In this document: one piece after another, positions 20,407 to 31,290 of the stretch | How the letters are laid out: every line of letters starts with the position of its first letter | How positions within the stretch are numbered: the stretch's first letter is position 1 | NCBI GenBank assembly: GCA_045106415.1 | Contig: JBGCEP010000026.1 | Coordinates: forward strand, 32,001-96,000 | Source of the DNA: Oligoflexales bacterium | GTDB taxonomy: Bacteria; Bdellovibrionota_B; Oligoflexia; Oligoflexales; Bog-1112 | Direction of reading: 5' to 3' | Length of the DNA: 64,000 bases | The notes under the pieces: model-generated | Seen by the model: the letters and a program-made list of their open reading frames with translations, nothing else | Database searches by the model: none | What the model was told of the DNA's origin: nothing | Made by a program: the position numbers and the translations under genes

Positions 20407-20850
20407 TTTCTTATCTTTTTATAAAAATCCTGTAAAAAATTTATATTTATGAAGACCGAAATCGTTAGATTTTTTTATTTGAGCGATATTAGATCACAAC
20501 TGTGTGAGAACTATTTTTATGATTTTGTGGTTCATGGCCATATTTAGGATAAAAAATATGTCGCGCCGTGGGCAGTTGCATACCTTTGGATTTGACAGCA
20601 GAACACTAAAAATCTAATTGTTTTTGTGCTGATTATGGATATGAATGAACAGAGTTTCCCAACTTAACGACTGTTGATAGAACAAGCTTTCTTTTAAAAG
20701 AAATTATAGTGATTTTAAATCCTTCAATACAATTGATGTAAAAAGTAAAATTTAAATAATTTATCACTCAAACTATATTGGAGAACGTTGATTTTCACTT
20801 CTTATATATTTATTTTTTTAGATAAATAAAATGATTGAATAGAGTTGATA

Positions 20851-21255
20851 TTACTTTTCATCAAGAATACGATTTAGCATTCGACCAAGAGTGATAAAAT
20901 CATCATTTTTTCTATGAATATTGTAACGGCGAAGTTTATTACCAGCTCGATACTCTTGAATTACGTTTTCAACTTCTTCTAAAGGAAGAATGTAGGTTTG
21001 AAGTGATTTTTTCCAATTTCGCATTTGTAGCAAAATACTTGTTGTAAAGATAAAACCAATGAGCCACTGAAGAGACCATGATCTTTTTTCAAAAATGAGG
21101 ATGTAATTTTGAATATCCTCTGCTGGGATATGAGCCAGTCCATCGATGAGTTCAAGCTGATACTTTAATGAAAACATTGCAATCATAAAAAGTATAAATT
21201 GAGCTGAGAACATTCGAATCATCATATATTTGATATAGAACCTAAGATTCATCAT
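20851..21255 (-). CDS. Small membrane protein with HAMP-like C-terminus
   Basis: Two hydrophobic segments, then ILPLEEVENVIQEYRAGN...DDFITLGRMLNRILD. Confidence 0.65.
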   Translation of the reverse strand: MMNLRFYIKYMMIRMFSAQFILFMIAMFSLKYQLELIDGLAHIPAEDIQNYILIFEKRSWSLQWLIGFIFTTSILLQMRNWKKSLQTYILPLEEVENVIQEYRAGNKLRRYNIHRKNDDFITLGRMLNRILDEK

Positions 21256-21263
21256 AGACTCCT

Positions 21264-21944
21264 TTATGATGGTGATGAGCTTGGATCAATTTCTTGTAAC
21301 ATTTTTTGTACAGCTCCTCTTTGTGCTGCTGCGATAAGGACATCTCCTGGGTGGATCTCATCTTCAGGCCCAGGTTTTTGGATTTTTCCTGTTGCTCCTT
21401 CTCGGACTGCAACGAGTGTGATGCTATGTTTTCTTTGGATATCAAGCTCTTTTAATTTTTTATTATGCATAATTGTGGGAGCTTCAAATTCTGAAATAGC
21501 AATATCAGAGTCGAGTAACATTTCTCCTAATATGTTTTCACTTAAAATGCGTGGAGCATAGCGCTCACCAAAATCCCATTCTGGATTGACAATTTCATCA
21601 GCACCAACAAGGCGAAGAATTCGAGCGTGGAGATCATCATTTGCTCTTGAAATAATTCGTTTAGCACCCATTTGACGGAGGAGGGCAGTACAGATAATAC
21701 CAACCTCTTTGGATTGATCGCCTGTTGCACAAACGCAAACGTCTCGTTTATTGGGTTGAAGTCCAGCCATAGCTTCTTCATCTGTTGCATCTAAGCAAAG
21801 GGCTTCTGAAACCCAGGAAGATGCAAGTTGTACACGCTTGTCATCGGAGTCGACAGCTATCATTTCAACACCCATTTGACTTAATGCTCTGATAAGTCCC
21901 ATACCAAATTGCCCTAAACCAATAATTACAACTTGCATTGCCAT
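21264..21944 (-). CDS. ktrA: KtrA/TrkA potassium uptake regulatory subunit
   Basis: IGLGQFG Rossmann RCK_N, GADEIVNPE and an RCK_C domain. Confidence 0.9.
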   Translation of the reverse strand: MAMQVVIIGLGQFGMGLIRALSQMGVEMIAVDSDDKRVQLASSWVSEALCLDATDEEAMAGLQPNKRDVCVCATGDQSKEVGIICTALLRQMGAKRIISRANDDLHARILRLVGADEIVNPEWDFGERYAPRILSENILGEMLLDSDIAISEFEAPTIMHNKKLKELDIQRKHSITLVAVREGATGKIQKPGPEDEIHPGDVLIAAAQRGAVQKMLQEIDPSSSPS

Positions 21945-21955
21945 GTGTAAATCCT

Positions 21956-23881
21956 TTAAGAAATATCGATCTCTTCACGAGGGTAGCGCCAACGTTCTTC
22001 GCGCCCATGTTGCACTAAAAATAACATGAATGTAAGAGGTCCAACTCTACCTGCTAACATGCATCCACAGATAATAACTCGGCCTATCTCATTAAGATTT
22101 TCTGAAAGACCGAGTGATAACCCCACTGTGCTAAGGGCTGAAACAACTTCAAATAGAGCGAGTTGTGCTGTTGTTTCTTGAGACAGCATGATTAAAATAA
22201 ATGAAAAAACAACCATGAACAATCCAAGAAGAAAAACAGTCATCGCTTTTAAAACGGCCTCTGGAGGAATCAGTCTTCCATGTAAAATAACACGTTTTCG
22301 ACCCTGGAGAGTATTGAGAACGACACAAAAAAGAACGGCGAATGTTGTTGTTTTAATTCCTCCAGCGGTTCCCCCAGGGTTTCCTCCTATGAACATCATA
22401 AAAATTGATAGACCTTGGCTTAAAGAAGACATTTCTTCAAATGGAATACTATAAAATCCAGCTGTACGCAGTGTTACAGATTGAAACCAAGCGTTGAGAA
22501 TTTGCTGTTGAAGTGGAAGATGTGATAATGCGCCAAATTTTTCTATGAAGAAAAAGAATAAGAAAGAAAGAAGTAATAAGCTAAATGTTGTGTATAAGAT
22601 CATGCGATCTGTGAGGTCTAAGCGATTATTTTTTATTTTAGATGGCATTTTTAAAACAATAAGAGGAGAGCACCCTCCAGCAATAATTAAAAAACTAACG
22701 GTATTGAGGACAAGTGGGTTATCTTGAAAATTCATCATACTGGTATTTTGCAAAGTAAAACCCGCATTGCAAAAAGATGATATAGCTAAAAATAATGCTT
22801 TCCAACAAGACTCTATTACTGATAAATTTTGGGAATAATAATGACCTGTAAGAATAAAAAATCCTATCAACTCTACTGTAAAAACATAAAGGGTTATTTT
22901 TTTTAAGATGTCGATCACACTATCGCTCCCTTGCGAAGTGGATATTTGTTTTAATGTTTTTTCATGCTCAATACTCAAACGATGTGATTGAAAAATAAGA
23001 ACTGTCCACGCCGATAAAGAAATAACACCAAGTCCACCCAGTTGAATTAAAATAAGAATAAAAAATTGACCTATAAAAGAGTAAGATTCACTTATATCTA
23101 AAACATTAAGTCCTGTAACACTAACTGCACTGATCGATGTAAATAGATGGTGCGTCCAGTCATGTGTCTGAGTTGAAGTATGAAAAATAGGAATTTGAAG
23201 GACAGCTGCTCCTAGAAACCCTAAAATTGTGAAATATCCAACGATAATGACGGAAGGATTTTTAAATTTAAAATATGAAAAATCATTTTTCCATAACGAA
23301 CGATAGAACCATATTTCATAGATAAAAATGAGAAATAAAATATTTAAATAAATCAAAGTGTTTAAATTATTCTGATAAGAGAATAAAAAAGTTAGAAAAC
23401 TAGTGAAAGATAGTAGAGAGTATTTGATAGCGCTATGATTCGAGTTATGAATATAGCTGGATAAAGTTAAAAGACAAATTATATTTTTAATATAGTTTGA
23501 ATGAATTGTTGAAGACCATAAAATGATAAGTATAACAAAAAGAGAGATAGCTGAAGTTAAATTTAAGATAAAATTACTAGACTGTGATTTTTTTGCTTGC
23601 GGGAAGGTAGAAAAATATGGCGTGCATATAGAAGCAAGGAAAAAAAGAGTTGTTGATAAAGGAAATAGGTGAGTTGTCATCAGGATAAATGACCAAACTA
23701 AAAATAGAGGAAGTGTATTTATGTACCTATTTATTTTTTTAAAAGCAAAGCATAAAATGCTAATAATAGATGCTAATGCAAGGATGTGAGCGTTTTTAGA
23801 AAATTCTTCTGCCTGAGGTTCTAAGAGAAAAGGAGCGATGAGTAACCAAGGCAGGAGATATATTTTGTAGATCATGTTCAA
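21956..23881 (-). CDS. ktrB: KtrB/TrkH potassium uptake membrane subunit with N-terminal extension
   Basis: Pore loops SAVSVTGL, SSFCNAGF, TLRTAGF and SALSTVGL; GGTAGGIK. Confidence 0.9.
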   Translation of the reverse strand: MNMIYKIYLLPWLLIAPFLLEPQAEEFSKNAHILALASIISILCFAFKKINRYINTLPLFLVWSFILMTTHLFPLSTTLFFLASICTPYFSTFPQAKKSQSSNFILNLTSAISLFVILIILWSSTIHSNYIKNIICLLTLSSYIHNSNHSAIKYSLLSFTSFLTFLFSYQNNLNTLIYLNILFLIFIYEIWFYRSLWKNDFSYFKFKNPSVIIVGYFTILGFLGAAVLQIPIFHTSTQTHDWTHHLFTSISAVSVTGLNVLDISESYSFIGQFFILILIQLGGLGVISLSAWTVLIFQSHRLSIEHEKTLKQISTSQGSDSVIDILKKITLYVFTVELIGFFILTGHYYSQNLSVIESCWKALFLAISSFCNAGFTLQNTSMMNFQDNPLVLNTVSFLIIAGGCSPLIVLKMPSKIKNNRLDLTDRMILYTTFSLLLLSFLFFFFIEKFGALSHLPLQQQILNAWFQSVTLRTAGFYSIPFEEMSSLSQGLSIFMMFIGGNPGGTAGGIKTTTFAVLFCVVLNTLQGRKRVILHGRLIPPEAVLKAMTVFLLGLFMVVFSFILIMLSQETTAQLALFEVVSALSTVGLSLGLSENLNEIGRVIICGCMLAGRVGPLTFMLFLVQHGREERWRYPREEIDIS

Positions 23882-24030
23882 CGCAAACTCCTGTAATCCT
23901 GCTCTGTAGGAGAATGTTATCTTTATTATGGAAAAATCGCTACTTTTAGAGTGATTGGCATTTTAGATGGTGTGATGTATATATAATTGTATTTATTCAA
24001 TAAAACATTTTTATTTTAAATAAATGAAAA

Positions 24031-24684
24031 TCATTCATCGTGAATTTTATAGAAAAAAGATTCATCAGAGTATTTTTGTTTTTCGATTTTACCTTGTGAA
24101 GTCACTAACTCAATTTTTCGAACGATATCGCGGATGCGTAATAGAGATTTTTTAAGACGTGCGCACTTAGGAGACTGAAGATCTTCAGGCTTTTCTGGAA
24201 TAGATCCTAGAGCTATTGTCAAAGGATTGTTGATTTCATGGTTATAAGTGACAACCATTGTGTGCACAGCTGAAAGTTCTGCAGACTTTAAGTTTTTTTG
24301 ATTTAAATAAATCATATTTAGTTGTGTCGATATTCGAGCTGCTGCAACAAAAGAATTTACAGGTTTTGTAAGATAATCATTAGCACCAATGTTTAACGCT
24401 TCAATGATATCTTCATTTTTATCTTTTGAAGTGATCATAATAACCGGTAAGTCGATTGGATCAAAATCTTCTCTGATATCTTTTAAAATTGTAAGACCTG
24501 ATGTATTGGGGAAGATGACATCAAGTAAAATGATGCTGTATTCACCTGAGAGAATGTGTTCTCTTGTTTGAGATTCGTCTGTCTCTAAGGTGATATCAAA
24601 ACCCTGGTTCTTAAGTTTTTCACATAAAAGTTGAGAACCAATAGGATCGTCATCAACAAGAAGAATTTTTCGCTTATTTGTCAT
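24031..24684 (-). CDS. Response regulator with HisKA-like H-box, no ATPase domain
   Basis: LLVDDD, LLDV and DYLTKP, then TYNHEINNPL; the ORF ends without N/G boxes. Confidence 0.85.
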   Translation of the reverse strand: MTNKRKILLVDDDPIGSQLLCEKLKNQGFDITLETDESQTREHILSGEYSIILLDVIFPNTSGLTILKDIREDFDPIDLPVIMITSKDKNEDIIEALNIGANDYLTKPVNSFVAAARISTQLNMIYLNQKNLKSAELSAVHTMVVTYNHEINNPLTIALGSIPEKPEDLQSPKCARLKKSLLRIRDIVRKIELVTSQGKIEKQKYSDESFFYKIHDE

Positions 24685-25028
24685 GAGTCTTCCTCAATTT
24701 TATCTTCGCAAAATTTAATGAGTTCTGAAAGCATGCTTGATATTTTTTGAAATGAATTTTCTTGCTGCTCAATACTTAATGTATCACTATGGATTTCAAG
24801 ATTTTGAAGCTCACTAATAAGTTCAGGTGCGAAAAAATTTGATGTACTTCCCTTTAGTGTGTGAGCTAACATTTTTAATTGCTCGATGTCTTGTTCAGAA
24901 ATCGATGTTTTTATTTTTTCCATTAACTCAAGTGAGTTGTCTTTGTATTTTGAAAAAATCATTTTAAAGAGATCTTTACTGTTGTCAAAATGCTCTAAGA
25001 TTTCATTGTAATTACAGATATTAGACAC
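24681..25028 (-). CDS. Hpt phosphotransfer protein
   Basis: LAHTLKGSTSNF motif in a helical 115-aa protein. Confidence 0.9.
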   Translation of the reverse strand: MSNICNYNEILEHFDNSKDLFKMIFSKYKDNSLELMEKIKTSISEQDIEQLKMLAHTLKGSTSNFFAPELISELQNLEIHSDTLSIEQQENSFQKISSMLSELIKFCEDKIEEDS

Positions 25029-25253
25029 GAAAAACCTCTTTTATAATAAGGTGTTTGTTTCTATAAGTGTAAATAAAAAAAAGAAGTGATACAACTTATA
25101 CGAAAAAATTGCAAAGACGTTTTTATGTGAAAAAACATTAAAAATAGATGAACGTTTTTTTAAATAAATGTTATGAGAACATGATCTGTAAATATGATCC
25201 CATAACAAAGCGTTATTCGTTGTTTTATAGTCATTTTTATGAATATTTTATTT

Positions 25254-25871
25254 TTAGTTGTTTTGTTCTTCGCTATCTCCTGGAAAGATAACAAATTCTT
25301 CTCCTGTTGAAATATCTTCATAGAGGTAGGTCTCTGTTTCTTCATAACGAGATCGTATGACATCATTTTCGTTAACTTCTTCATAGTCCTCATTATATTT
25401 ATATTCTTGCTCATCACTGTGGTTGTGGTTGCTTGGTGATGAACGAATAACGTCGGCAGAGACTGCGTCGCTAGGGTAGCAGACCCTGGGGTTATAGTGA
25501 TTGATACCAGTTGCGACATTTGCAATAATATTGGTGAGAGCTCCGCAAAAACGAGTGCTTGCAACGTCTTCGCCATCAATCTGATAAGTGATATGGGCAA
25601 TATAACTGCGACCAGGCTCTGCTAAAATTTGGTATGTTGATGCGTCACGAACTTTTGTTTGTGTTTCTCGATAAATTTCTCTATTTGAATCGAGATTTTC
25701 TCCTTCTCTGATATGAATGGTCATCACAGTTGTGTCGTAGTCAATATTGAGAGAGGGTACTGTTAAGGCAATACTTGTCTGTGTGTTTGTTATTTGATTT
25801 TGATTTGTATCAAGACTGCCGCAACTCACTGTAAGCGATAAAAACATAAGGGATATAACTGAACTTTTCAT
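25254..25871 (-). CDS. Hypothetical lipoprotein with acidic tail
   Basis: LTVSC lipobox, GAGG RBS, E/Y-rich C-terminus. Confidence 0.75.
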   Translation of the reverse strand: MKSSVISLMFLSLTVSCGSLDTNQNQITNTQTSIALTVPSLNIDYDTTVMTIHIREGENLDSNREIYRETQTKVRDASTYQILAEPGRSYIAHITYQIDGEDVASTRFCGALTNIIANVATGINHYNPRVCYPSDAVSADVIRSSPSNHNHSDEQEYKYNEDYEEVNENDVIRSRYEETETYLYEDISTGEEFVIFPGDSEEQNN

Positions 25872-25900
25872 TTAAAACCTCTTCATTGAACCTGAATAAC

Positions 25901-25927
25901 GTATCGGTGAAGAAGAGTGAAAATCGA
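25901..25927 (-). promoter_or_regulatory. Sigma-28-like promoter motif
   Basis: TCGA-N15-ACCGATAC upstream of the 25871 start. Confidence 0.45.
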
Positions 25928-26007
25928 ACGAATAAAGCATGTTTTTGTAACATATTAAAATATAAAAGATTTACTTTGGTGTTAAAGTTTTTTTAAGAAG
26001 GATTTAT

Positions 26008-26367
26008 ATGAAGATGATATGGGTTATTTTAGGGCATTTTTTTTTAATGATAGGATTTGTTGGAGCTTTTGTACCTTTATTACCAACGACCCCTTTTTTA
26101 CTTCTTACTTTTTTTTGTTATTCAAGAGGATCCGAAAAATTTCAAAAAAAACTTCTTGCTCATCCATGGCTAGGTCCTCCTATAAAAGATTGGTTAGATC
26201 ACGGTGTTATTAGGTTTCAAGCAAAAATCATGTCTATTTTAATTTGCTTATGCAGTTTCTTTATGCTTTGGTTTGTTTTTGCTATTCCACAATTAGCGAG
26301 GCTATGTGCGACGTTGATCTTGGTGAGTGTTTGTTTTTTTATTTATTCACGGCCCTCAAAATTTTAG
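26008..26367 (+). CDS. ybaN: YbaN/DUF454 inner membrane protein
   Basis: GAFVPLLPTTPFLLL...RGS...HPWLGP signature. Confidence 0.85.
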   Translation: MKMIWVILGHFFLMIGFVGAFVPLLPTTPFLLLTFFCYSRGSEKFQKKLLAHPWLGPPIKDWLDHGVIRFQAKIMSILICLCSFFMLWFVFAIPQLARLCATLILVSVCFFIYSRPSKF

Positions 26368-27279
26368 GCAAGTAGATAAAAATATAGAAATAGAAATAAG
26401 AGAATATGATCCCCAGATACTATTGTGTAGTGATGTTTTGAAGGTTTTAATTTCTTTAAATTTATGAGTTTGTGTTTTAGATGCGTGTTGATGCAGTTTA
26501 TGTCTACAAAAAATTAGGTAGGATGCACCAAAAAAAGTATGCATTGAGGTGTGTGTATAGGCAATGAAAATCCACATAAAAGAAGTTAAATCTATACATA
26601 GTAAGACTTTATCTCGTACCCAAAGATGACCCTTAGATGTTGTGTATGTTTTTTTACCACCTATGCGGTCGCTTTCTTCGTCAGCTAATCCACTGGCTAA
26701 AGCGCTAGCCATGGCTGATGGGGCACCTGCACAAATAATAAGAAACTCTTCAGGTAGAGTTTTAAGGCCCGTTGCTCGTAGAAAAAGAAGTGGTAAAAGG
26801 AGACCCACACCAATGGTTTCGATCCATTCGCCACCACCGCGATAATTTAGTTTTAAAGGAGAAAAAGAGTACGACTGTATAAATAGAATTGCTAAGAAGG
26901 GGAGATATATAAAATCAGGGTCTTTTTGATGATAAAAACACCCTATAGATAGAAAGCCTAAAATCGATAAAAAAGATGCTAATTTTATAGAGCGGATAGA
27001 AAGAATTCGATCAGGTATCGTTTTAGGAGAGCATGTATGAGGGAATTGTTTCCTTTTAATGGTATCAACTTTGATATCTGCCCAATCATTGCATAGCACA
27101 ATAGATATAACTAAAAAAACAGCAAGAAAAATGGAAAAGATAAGAGACTCCCATTGTAGCTCTTGATATTTCCACCCTATAGAAAGCCCTAGCCATGCAG
27201 GGACGATAATTTTAGGCCAACTTGCGAGTTTTATTGCGTAGACCCAAGATCTTAGAGTGTGCTGCTTTGTTTTCATCAA
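26356..27279 (-). CDS. UbiA-family prenyltransferase (MenA-like)
   Basis: NDWAD, YSFSPLKLNYRGGGE and DEESDRIGGKKT; multiple TM helices. Confidence 0.85.
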   Translation of the reverse strand: MMKTKQHTLRSWVYAIKLASWPKIIVPAWLGLSIGWKYQELQWESLIFSIFLAVFLVISIVLCNDWADIKVDTIKRKQFPHTCSPKTIPDRILSIRSIKLASFLSILGFLSIGCFYHQKDPDFIYLPFLAILFIQSYSFSPLKLNYRGGGEWIETIGVGLLLPLLFLRATGLKTLPEEFLIICAGAPSAMASALASGLADEESDRIGGKKTYTTSKGHLWVRDKVLLCIDLTSFMWIFIAYTHTSMHTFFGASYLIFCRHKLHQHASKTQTHKFKEIKTFKTSLHNSIWGSYSLISISIFLSTCLKF

Positions 27280-27378
27280 TAACCTTGTTTGAGAATGTTT
27301 GCTATATGGGGGTACATGATTTCTATGTTGTGAGTCAATTTAAATCAAGTATCGTGATCTCATTGTGTAGGTTGCTTT

Positions 27379-28923
27379 ATGAAGGGTATATTTGATTTCA
27401 TTCATGATACTTTTAAGGAACCTGAGTTGTGTTATGATTTCGATAAATTTGATAAGGACCATAAGATGCCGGACTATGATGCTTTTTTGTGGTTTTCTCT
27501 AATTATTTCTATTGTCATGTTGGTTTGGTCCTGTGTTGAAGTCGGGAGTAATGATGCTGCGAATTTAGTGAATGCAGTTTCTGGAGCTTCTATATTGAAA
27601 AGAACGTCAGCTGTTTTTTATGCAAGCGTTTTTGTTGTTTTAGGAGCTCTTTGCTCGGGCCAAGTCATGGATACGGTGAGAAAAAGTATTTTTGATGTCG
27701 GTTTGTTGAGTTCCTATCAAATGATTTCTATTTTTATTTCATCTTACTTTATCAATACAGTGATTCTGTTTGTGTGTTCATGCTATGGACTGCCTGTGAG
27801 TACAACAGCAACATTAGTGTTTTCACTCGCAGGGGGAAGCTTAGGAGTTATGTGGTCGTCTCACATTGTTCACTGGGATGTTTTAATCCAAGTGGGTATG
27901 GCGATGGTTTTTTCTATTTTCTTAAGCGGAGTGTTAGGTTTTATTGCGCAGAAATTTTTAAGAAAATTTATTGGGCCAAACTGTAGAGACCCTCAAGTGA
28001 TTAGGAAGCATGGTGGTTGGATCGGTGCTTTTTCTTTGAGTTTTTTAATATGGTTTCTGTTGTTTAAGGGGTTTAATAATCTTGCTCAACCGTTATTAAA
28101 TATAGCGGATGGTTATGTTTTTTTTATCGGTATTTTCATCATGTTTTTTATGATTATTTCTCTTTGTATTTGTTTTTTCCAAGAATATGTGTCGAGGTAT
28201 TTATTTGATTTCTTAGCAATTTTTGGGATGTTTAGTATGGCGTTTGCTTTTGGTCAGAATGACTTAGCAAATTGTGCTTCTCCTGGTTTGGCTATTATCA
28301 TGATTTTTTTTGAGGACGTTGGAGGTCAAGTTTCTGTACCATGGTGGGCTTTGCTAGGGTGTGGTCTTTTGATTAGTTTGGGTATGAATACCAAAAGAGC
28401 TAAAAGGGTCACAGAAGCAGAAATGATGACAGCATCACAGAAAAAATCCCCTGATCTTTATGTCCCAGGATGGTGCTTACAAATTGTGAAAAAATTTAAA
28501 AAGCCTTCTTTAGATGGGGTGCTTTTATCACAATATGAAGTTGAACTACATCATCAGACATACTATGACCCTTTGAGAGCGTGTGTCATTTTGACCGTTA
28601 GTGCGAGCGTTATTGTACTGGCTTCGAGTTTTGGACTTCCTGTTTCAACAACCTATGTCAATTTTGCTGCTGTCGTCGCCTCGGGTTGGGGCGACCAAGT
28701 TTTTATCCAAGAATCAGCAGAGCAAAAGCTGGGGCGGGCGATTTGGGTTGTGGCGTGCTGGTGCTTGTCAATATTAGCAGCTGTTGTAGGAACAGCTTGT
28801 ATGGCCTATTGGGTGGATATGGCTGGAATATGTGGGTTGATGAGTGGTTTTTTGAGTGTTGTTGTTGCTCAGTTTTATTTCAAGAAAATATCTGATGAGC
28901 ATGATAAATCTCATTTTTCTTAA
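27379..28923 (+). CDS. Inorganic phosphate transporter (PiT family)
   Basis: GSNDAAN and GQNDLAN; two GLPVSTT repeats. Confidence 0.9.
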   Translation: MKGIFDFIHDTFKEPELCYDFDKFDKDHKMPDYDAFLWFSLIISIVMLVWSCVEVGSNDAANLVNAVSGASILKRTSAVFYASVFVVLGALCSGQVMDTVRKSIFDVGLLSSYQMISIFISSYFINTVILFVCSCYGLPVSTTATLVFSLAGGSLGVMWSSHIVHWDVLIQVGMAMVFSIFLSGVLGFIAQKFLRKFIGPNCRDPQVIRKHGGWIGAFSLSFLIWFLLFKGFNNLAQPLLNIADGYVFFIGIFIMFFMIISLCICFFQEYVSRYLFDFLAIFGMFSMAFAFGQNDLANCASPGLAIIMIFFEDVGGQVSVPWWALLGCGLLISLGMNTKRAKRVTEAEMMTASQKKSPDLYVPGWCLQIVKKFKKPSLDGVLLSQYEVELHHQTYYDPLRACVILTVSASVIVLASSFGLPVSTTYVNFAAVVASGWGDQVFIQESAEQKLGRAIWVVACWCLSILAAVVGTACMAYWVDMAGICGLMSGFLSVVVAQFYFKKISDEHDKSHFS

Positions 28924-29030
28924 AAAAAGCATGGTAGGAATTTGTTTTTTGAATAAGAGTTGGATTTTTTATTGTGTTATGGAAAAGTTAAGTTATATCT
29001 TTTAAGCGACAAAAGAATGGAGATTTATAC

Positions 29031-29645
29031 ATGCAACGTGTTGAGGGTGCTCAGAAAATAGGTACTCAAGTCGTCATTGATGAAGAGAATTTGAAAAGTA
29101 TTATTCTCGTTTTGAGTGAAGAAGCCCCTGAACTTACAGAAGAGCAACTCCGAGAAGTGGCTCTGAAAGCTGTTGATGAAGGGCAACTTCATAATCGTGA
29201 TTGGTTGACAGAGGAGATCGCGAAACAAAGAAGGTCTTTGATACCTGAACCCCCAAGTTCAATTCCTGTAAATGAAGTTTGTGAAATAAAAACTATTGAA
29301 GAACTCCAAGCTGTCATTGCACGTCATAAAGCTTGGATGGAAGCTGTTTTGTCAGGTAAAGGGCCTTCTGAGGGGCGCGCTGTTTTTCGACATACCAATT
29401 TAGATGGATATGACTTTAAAGGAAGTAACTTAAGCTGTGCTGATTTTCGATATGCATCTGTCATTGGAGCAAACTTTGAAGGCTGTAACCTTTCTCGAGC
29501 TAAGTTTGATGGGGCATGCTTGAGGAGTGCAAATTTTTCACATACACAACTCAAAGGAGCCTCGTTCCAAGGAACTGACCTTAGAGGGGTGTCGTTTGTT
29601 GATGTTGATCACCTGGGGTGTGATTTGTCTGCTGCTATCACATAA
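29031..29645 (+). CDS. Pentapeptide repeat protein
   Basis: C-terminal A(N/D)F/L pentapeptide repeats preceded by IARHKAW. Confidence 0.85.
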   Translation: MQRVEGAQKIGTQVVIDEENLKSIILVLSEEAPELTEEQLREVALKAVDEGQLHNRDWLTEEIAKQRRSLIPEPPSSIPVNEVCEIKTIEELQAVIARHKAWMEAVLSGKGPSEGRAVFRHTNLDGYDFKGSNLSCADFRYASVIGANFEGCNLSRAKFDGACLRSANFSHTQLKGASFQGTDLRGVSFVDVDHLGCDLSAAIT

Positions 29646-29651
29646 AAGTCA

Positions 29652-29837
29652 TTAGAAGCAACGAATGGTCCCAGCAATTTTAACAACTCGCGACCCACCT
29701 GTCTTATGACAACGAATTAATGACTTTTGATATTCAACCGCTTCTTGCTCGTTAATTGCTTCAGAGCTACTCACGCGACTCATACTGCCACCTGCGCAGT
29801 GTGTAAGCATGAAAAGAAAGAAGATCCATCTCCACAT
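29652..29837 (-). CDS. Small lipoprotein
   Basis: MWRWIFFLFMLTHC after an AAGGAG RBS; C-terminal CHKTGG...CF pair. Confidence 0.65.
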   Translation of the reverse strand: MWRWIFFLFMLTHCAGGSMSRVSSSEAINEQEAVEYQKSLIRCHKTGGSRVVKIAGTIRCF

Positions 29838-30009
29838 AAAAGACTCCTTCATTGTGAATATATGATTATAGCAACTCTTTTGATTTTTGCGGTTAGGGCT
29901 ATTTTGCCGACCGGAGAACGATCTATTGTTTTTTCCTCTCTTGCATGAAAAGCATTCGCTGCATAATATGCCGAAGAGTCTGCGTTGGATTCTACTAAGG
30001 AGAGAACTG

Positions 30010-31050
30010 GTGAGAAAAATAGTTGAACTTTCAGATTTTGAACAAGCTAAAATATTTAGAAATTATTTAAATTCTCAGGGCATAACTGTTCACCAACCAG
30101 ATGATGAAGATGGTGTGATTTGGGTTTTATCTGATGATCAGATTCATGCTGCGAGACTTGAGCTTCAAAGATATGAAAAAAACCCGCAAGATGAAAAATA
30201 TACAAATGTAAAACCAACCCTTGAAGCTGCTGAGGTAAGGCGGCGATATCGAGAAGTTGATGTCAGAACACGCCGTTATCAAGACTCTCAAGCGATGACA
30301 ACTCCTTTAGTAACTTTGTCATGTCTTTTGCTCTCGGTAGGTGTTTATTTTTTGCCGCGAGGACATGGTTTATTGAATAGTTTTCGTATTAGCTTGTACT
30401 CTATGAGTCTTGGGTTTTCAGAACATTTTTTAATGGAAGTGATGCAAGGTCAAATATGGCGCCTCGTGACTCCTATTTTTTTACATAGCGGTTTTTTACA
30501 TTTGTTGATGAATATGCTGTGGCTATGGCAGTTGGGTGGACCGCTAGAACAGAAAGAAGGAAGTCGTTGGACAGGTTTTTTGATTTTATTGATTGCGATA
30601 CCCTCTAATGTTGCTTTCTATGTTGTGTCAGGACCCTGGTTTGGAGGGATGAGTGGTGTCATTTATGGCCTTTTAGGGTATATGGCGGGCCGTGATTACT
30701 TAGAGCAGGAAGACCGTTACGGTGTTGATCAGGGGACGGTCACATTTCTTGGTGTATGGTATGTGGTCTGTATTACAGGGCTTGTTGGAGCTGTTGCAAA
30801 CACGGTTCACGGTGTTGGAGCTTTGATGGGTCTGATTGCGGCTGCTGTTAGAGCTGATGACAAGAAATGGCTGATCTTACGACGAAATCATAAAGTAGGG
30901 CAAAAGGCGCTTATTGGCCTTGCTTTATTGGGTGCTGCGGTGCTGTCTGATCGGTATGTTGCTGTAAAGCAAAACCATAGAGCCACGGAAAGTTATGAGT
31001 TGAAAGTTCGTGAGTTTCTGAGAGACCGCGCTGTTCAAGAAGAAAAATAA
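30010..31050 (+). CDS. Rhomboid intramembrane protease (GlpG-like)
   Basis: WRLVTPIFLH, HLLMN, GMSG and NTVHGVG. GTG start chosen after GGAG. Confidence 0.9.
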   Translation: MRKIVELSDFEQAKIFRNYLNSQGITVHQPDDEDGVIWVLSDDQIHAARLELQRYEKNPQDEKYTNVKPTLEAAEVRRRYREVDVRTRRYQDSQAMTTPLVTLSCLLLSVGVYFLPRGHGLLNSFRISLYSMSLGFSEHFLMEVMQGQIWRLVTPIFLHSGFLHLLMNMLWLWQLGGPLEQKEGSRWTGFLILLIAIPSNVAFYVVSGPWFGGMSGVIYGLLGYMAGRDYLEQEDRYGVDQGTVTFLGVWYVVCITGLVGAVANTVHGVGALMGLIAAAVRADDKKWLILRRNHKVGQKALIGLALLGAAVLSDRYVAVKQNHRATESYELKVREFLRDRAVQEEK

Positions 31051-31290
31051 GGAGAGATTTACGATAAAGGTATTGTGAATCAAAATTGCACAGTAATAAA
31101 GGAGGGAATATTTTTTTTGATCTCTCCTTTTTTTGTGCCCTTTTCCTATAAGGTTTTATAAATAAAGTTATATTTCCAAAGATTTTTTTTTTTTTATGTT
31201 ATTGATTTTCCGATACGATGCACTGTGAGCCCAGGAGTTTGCTAGACTTGCGTCATGGGTTTTTTGCTTGTGGTGTGTAAGGGAGACAGC

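Noticed and set aside
20406..20850. Genomic island integrated at tRNA-Asp
   Set aside because: No integrase and no duplicated tRNA 3' end were seen in the window.
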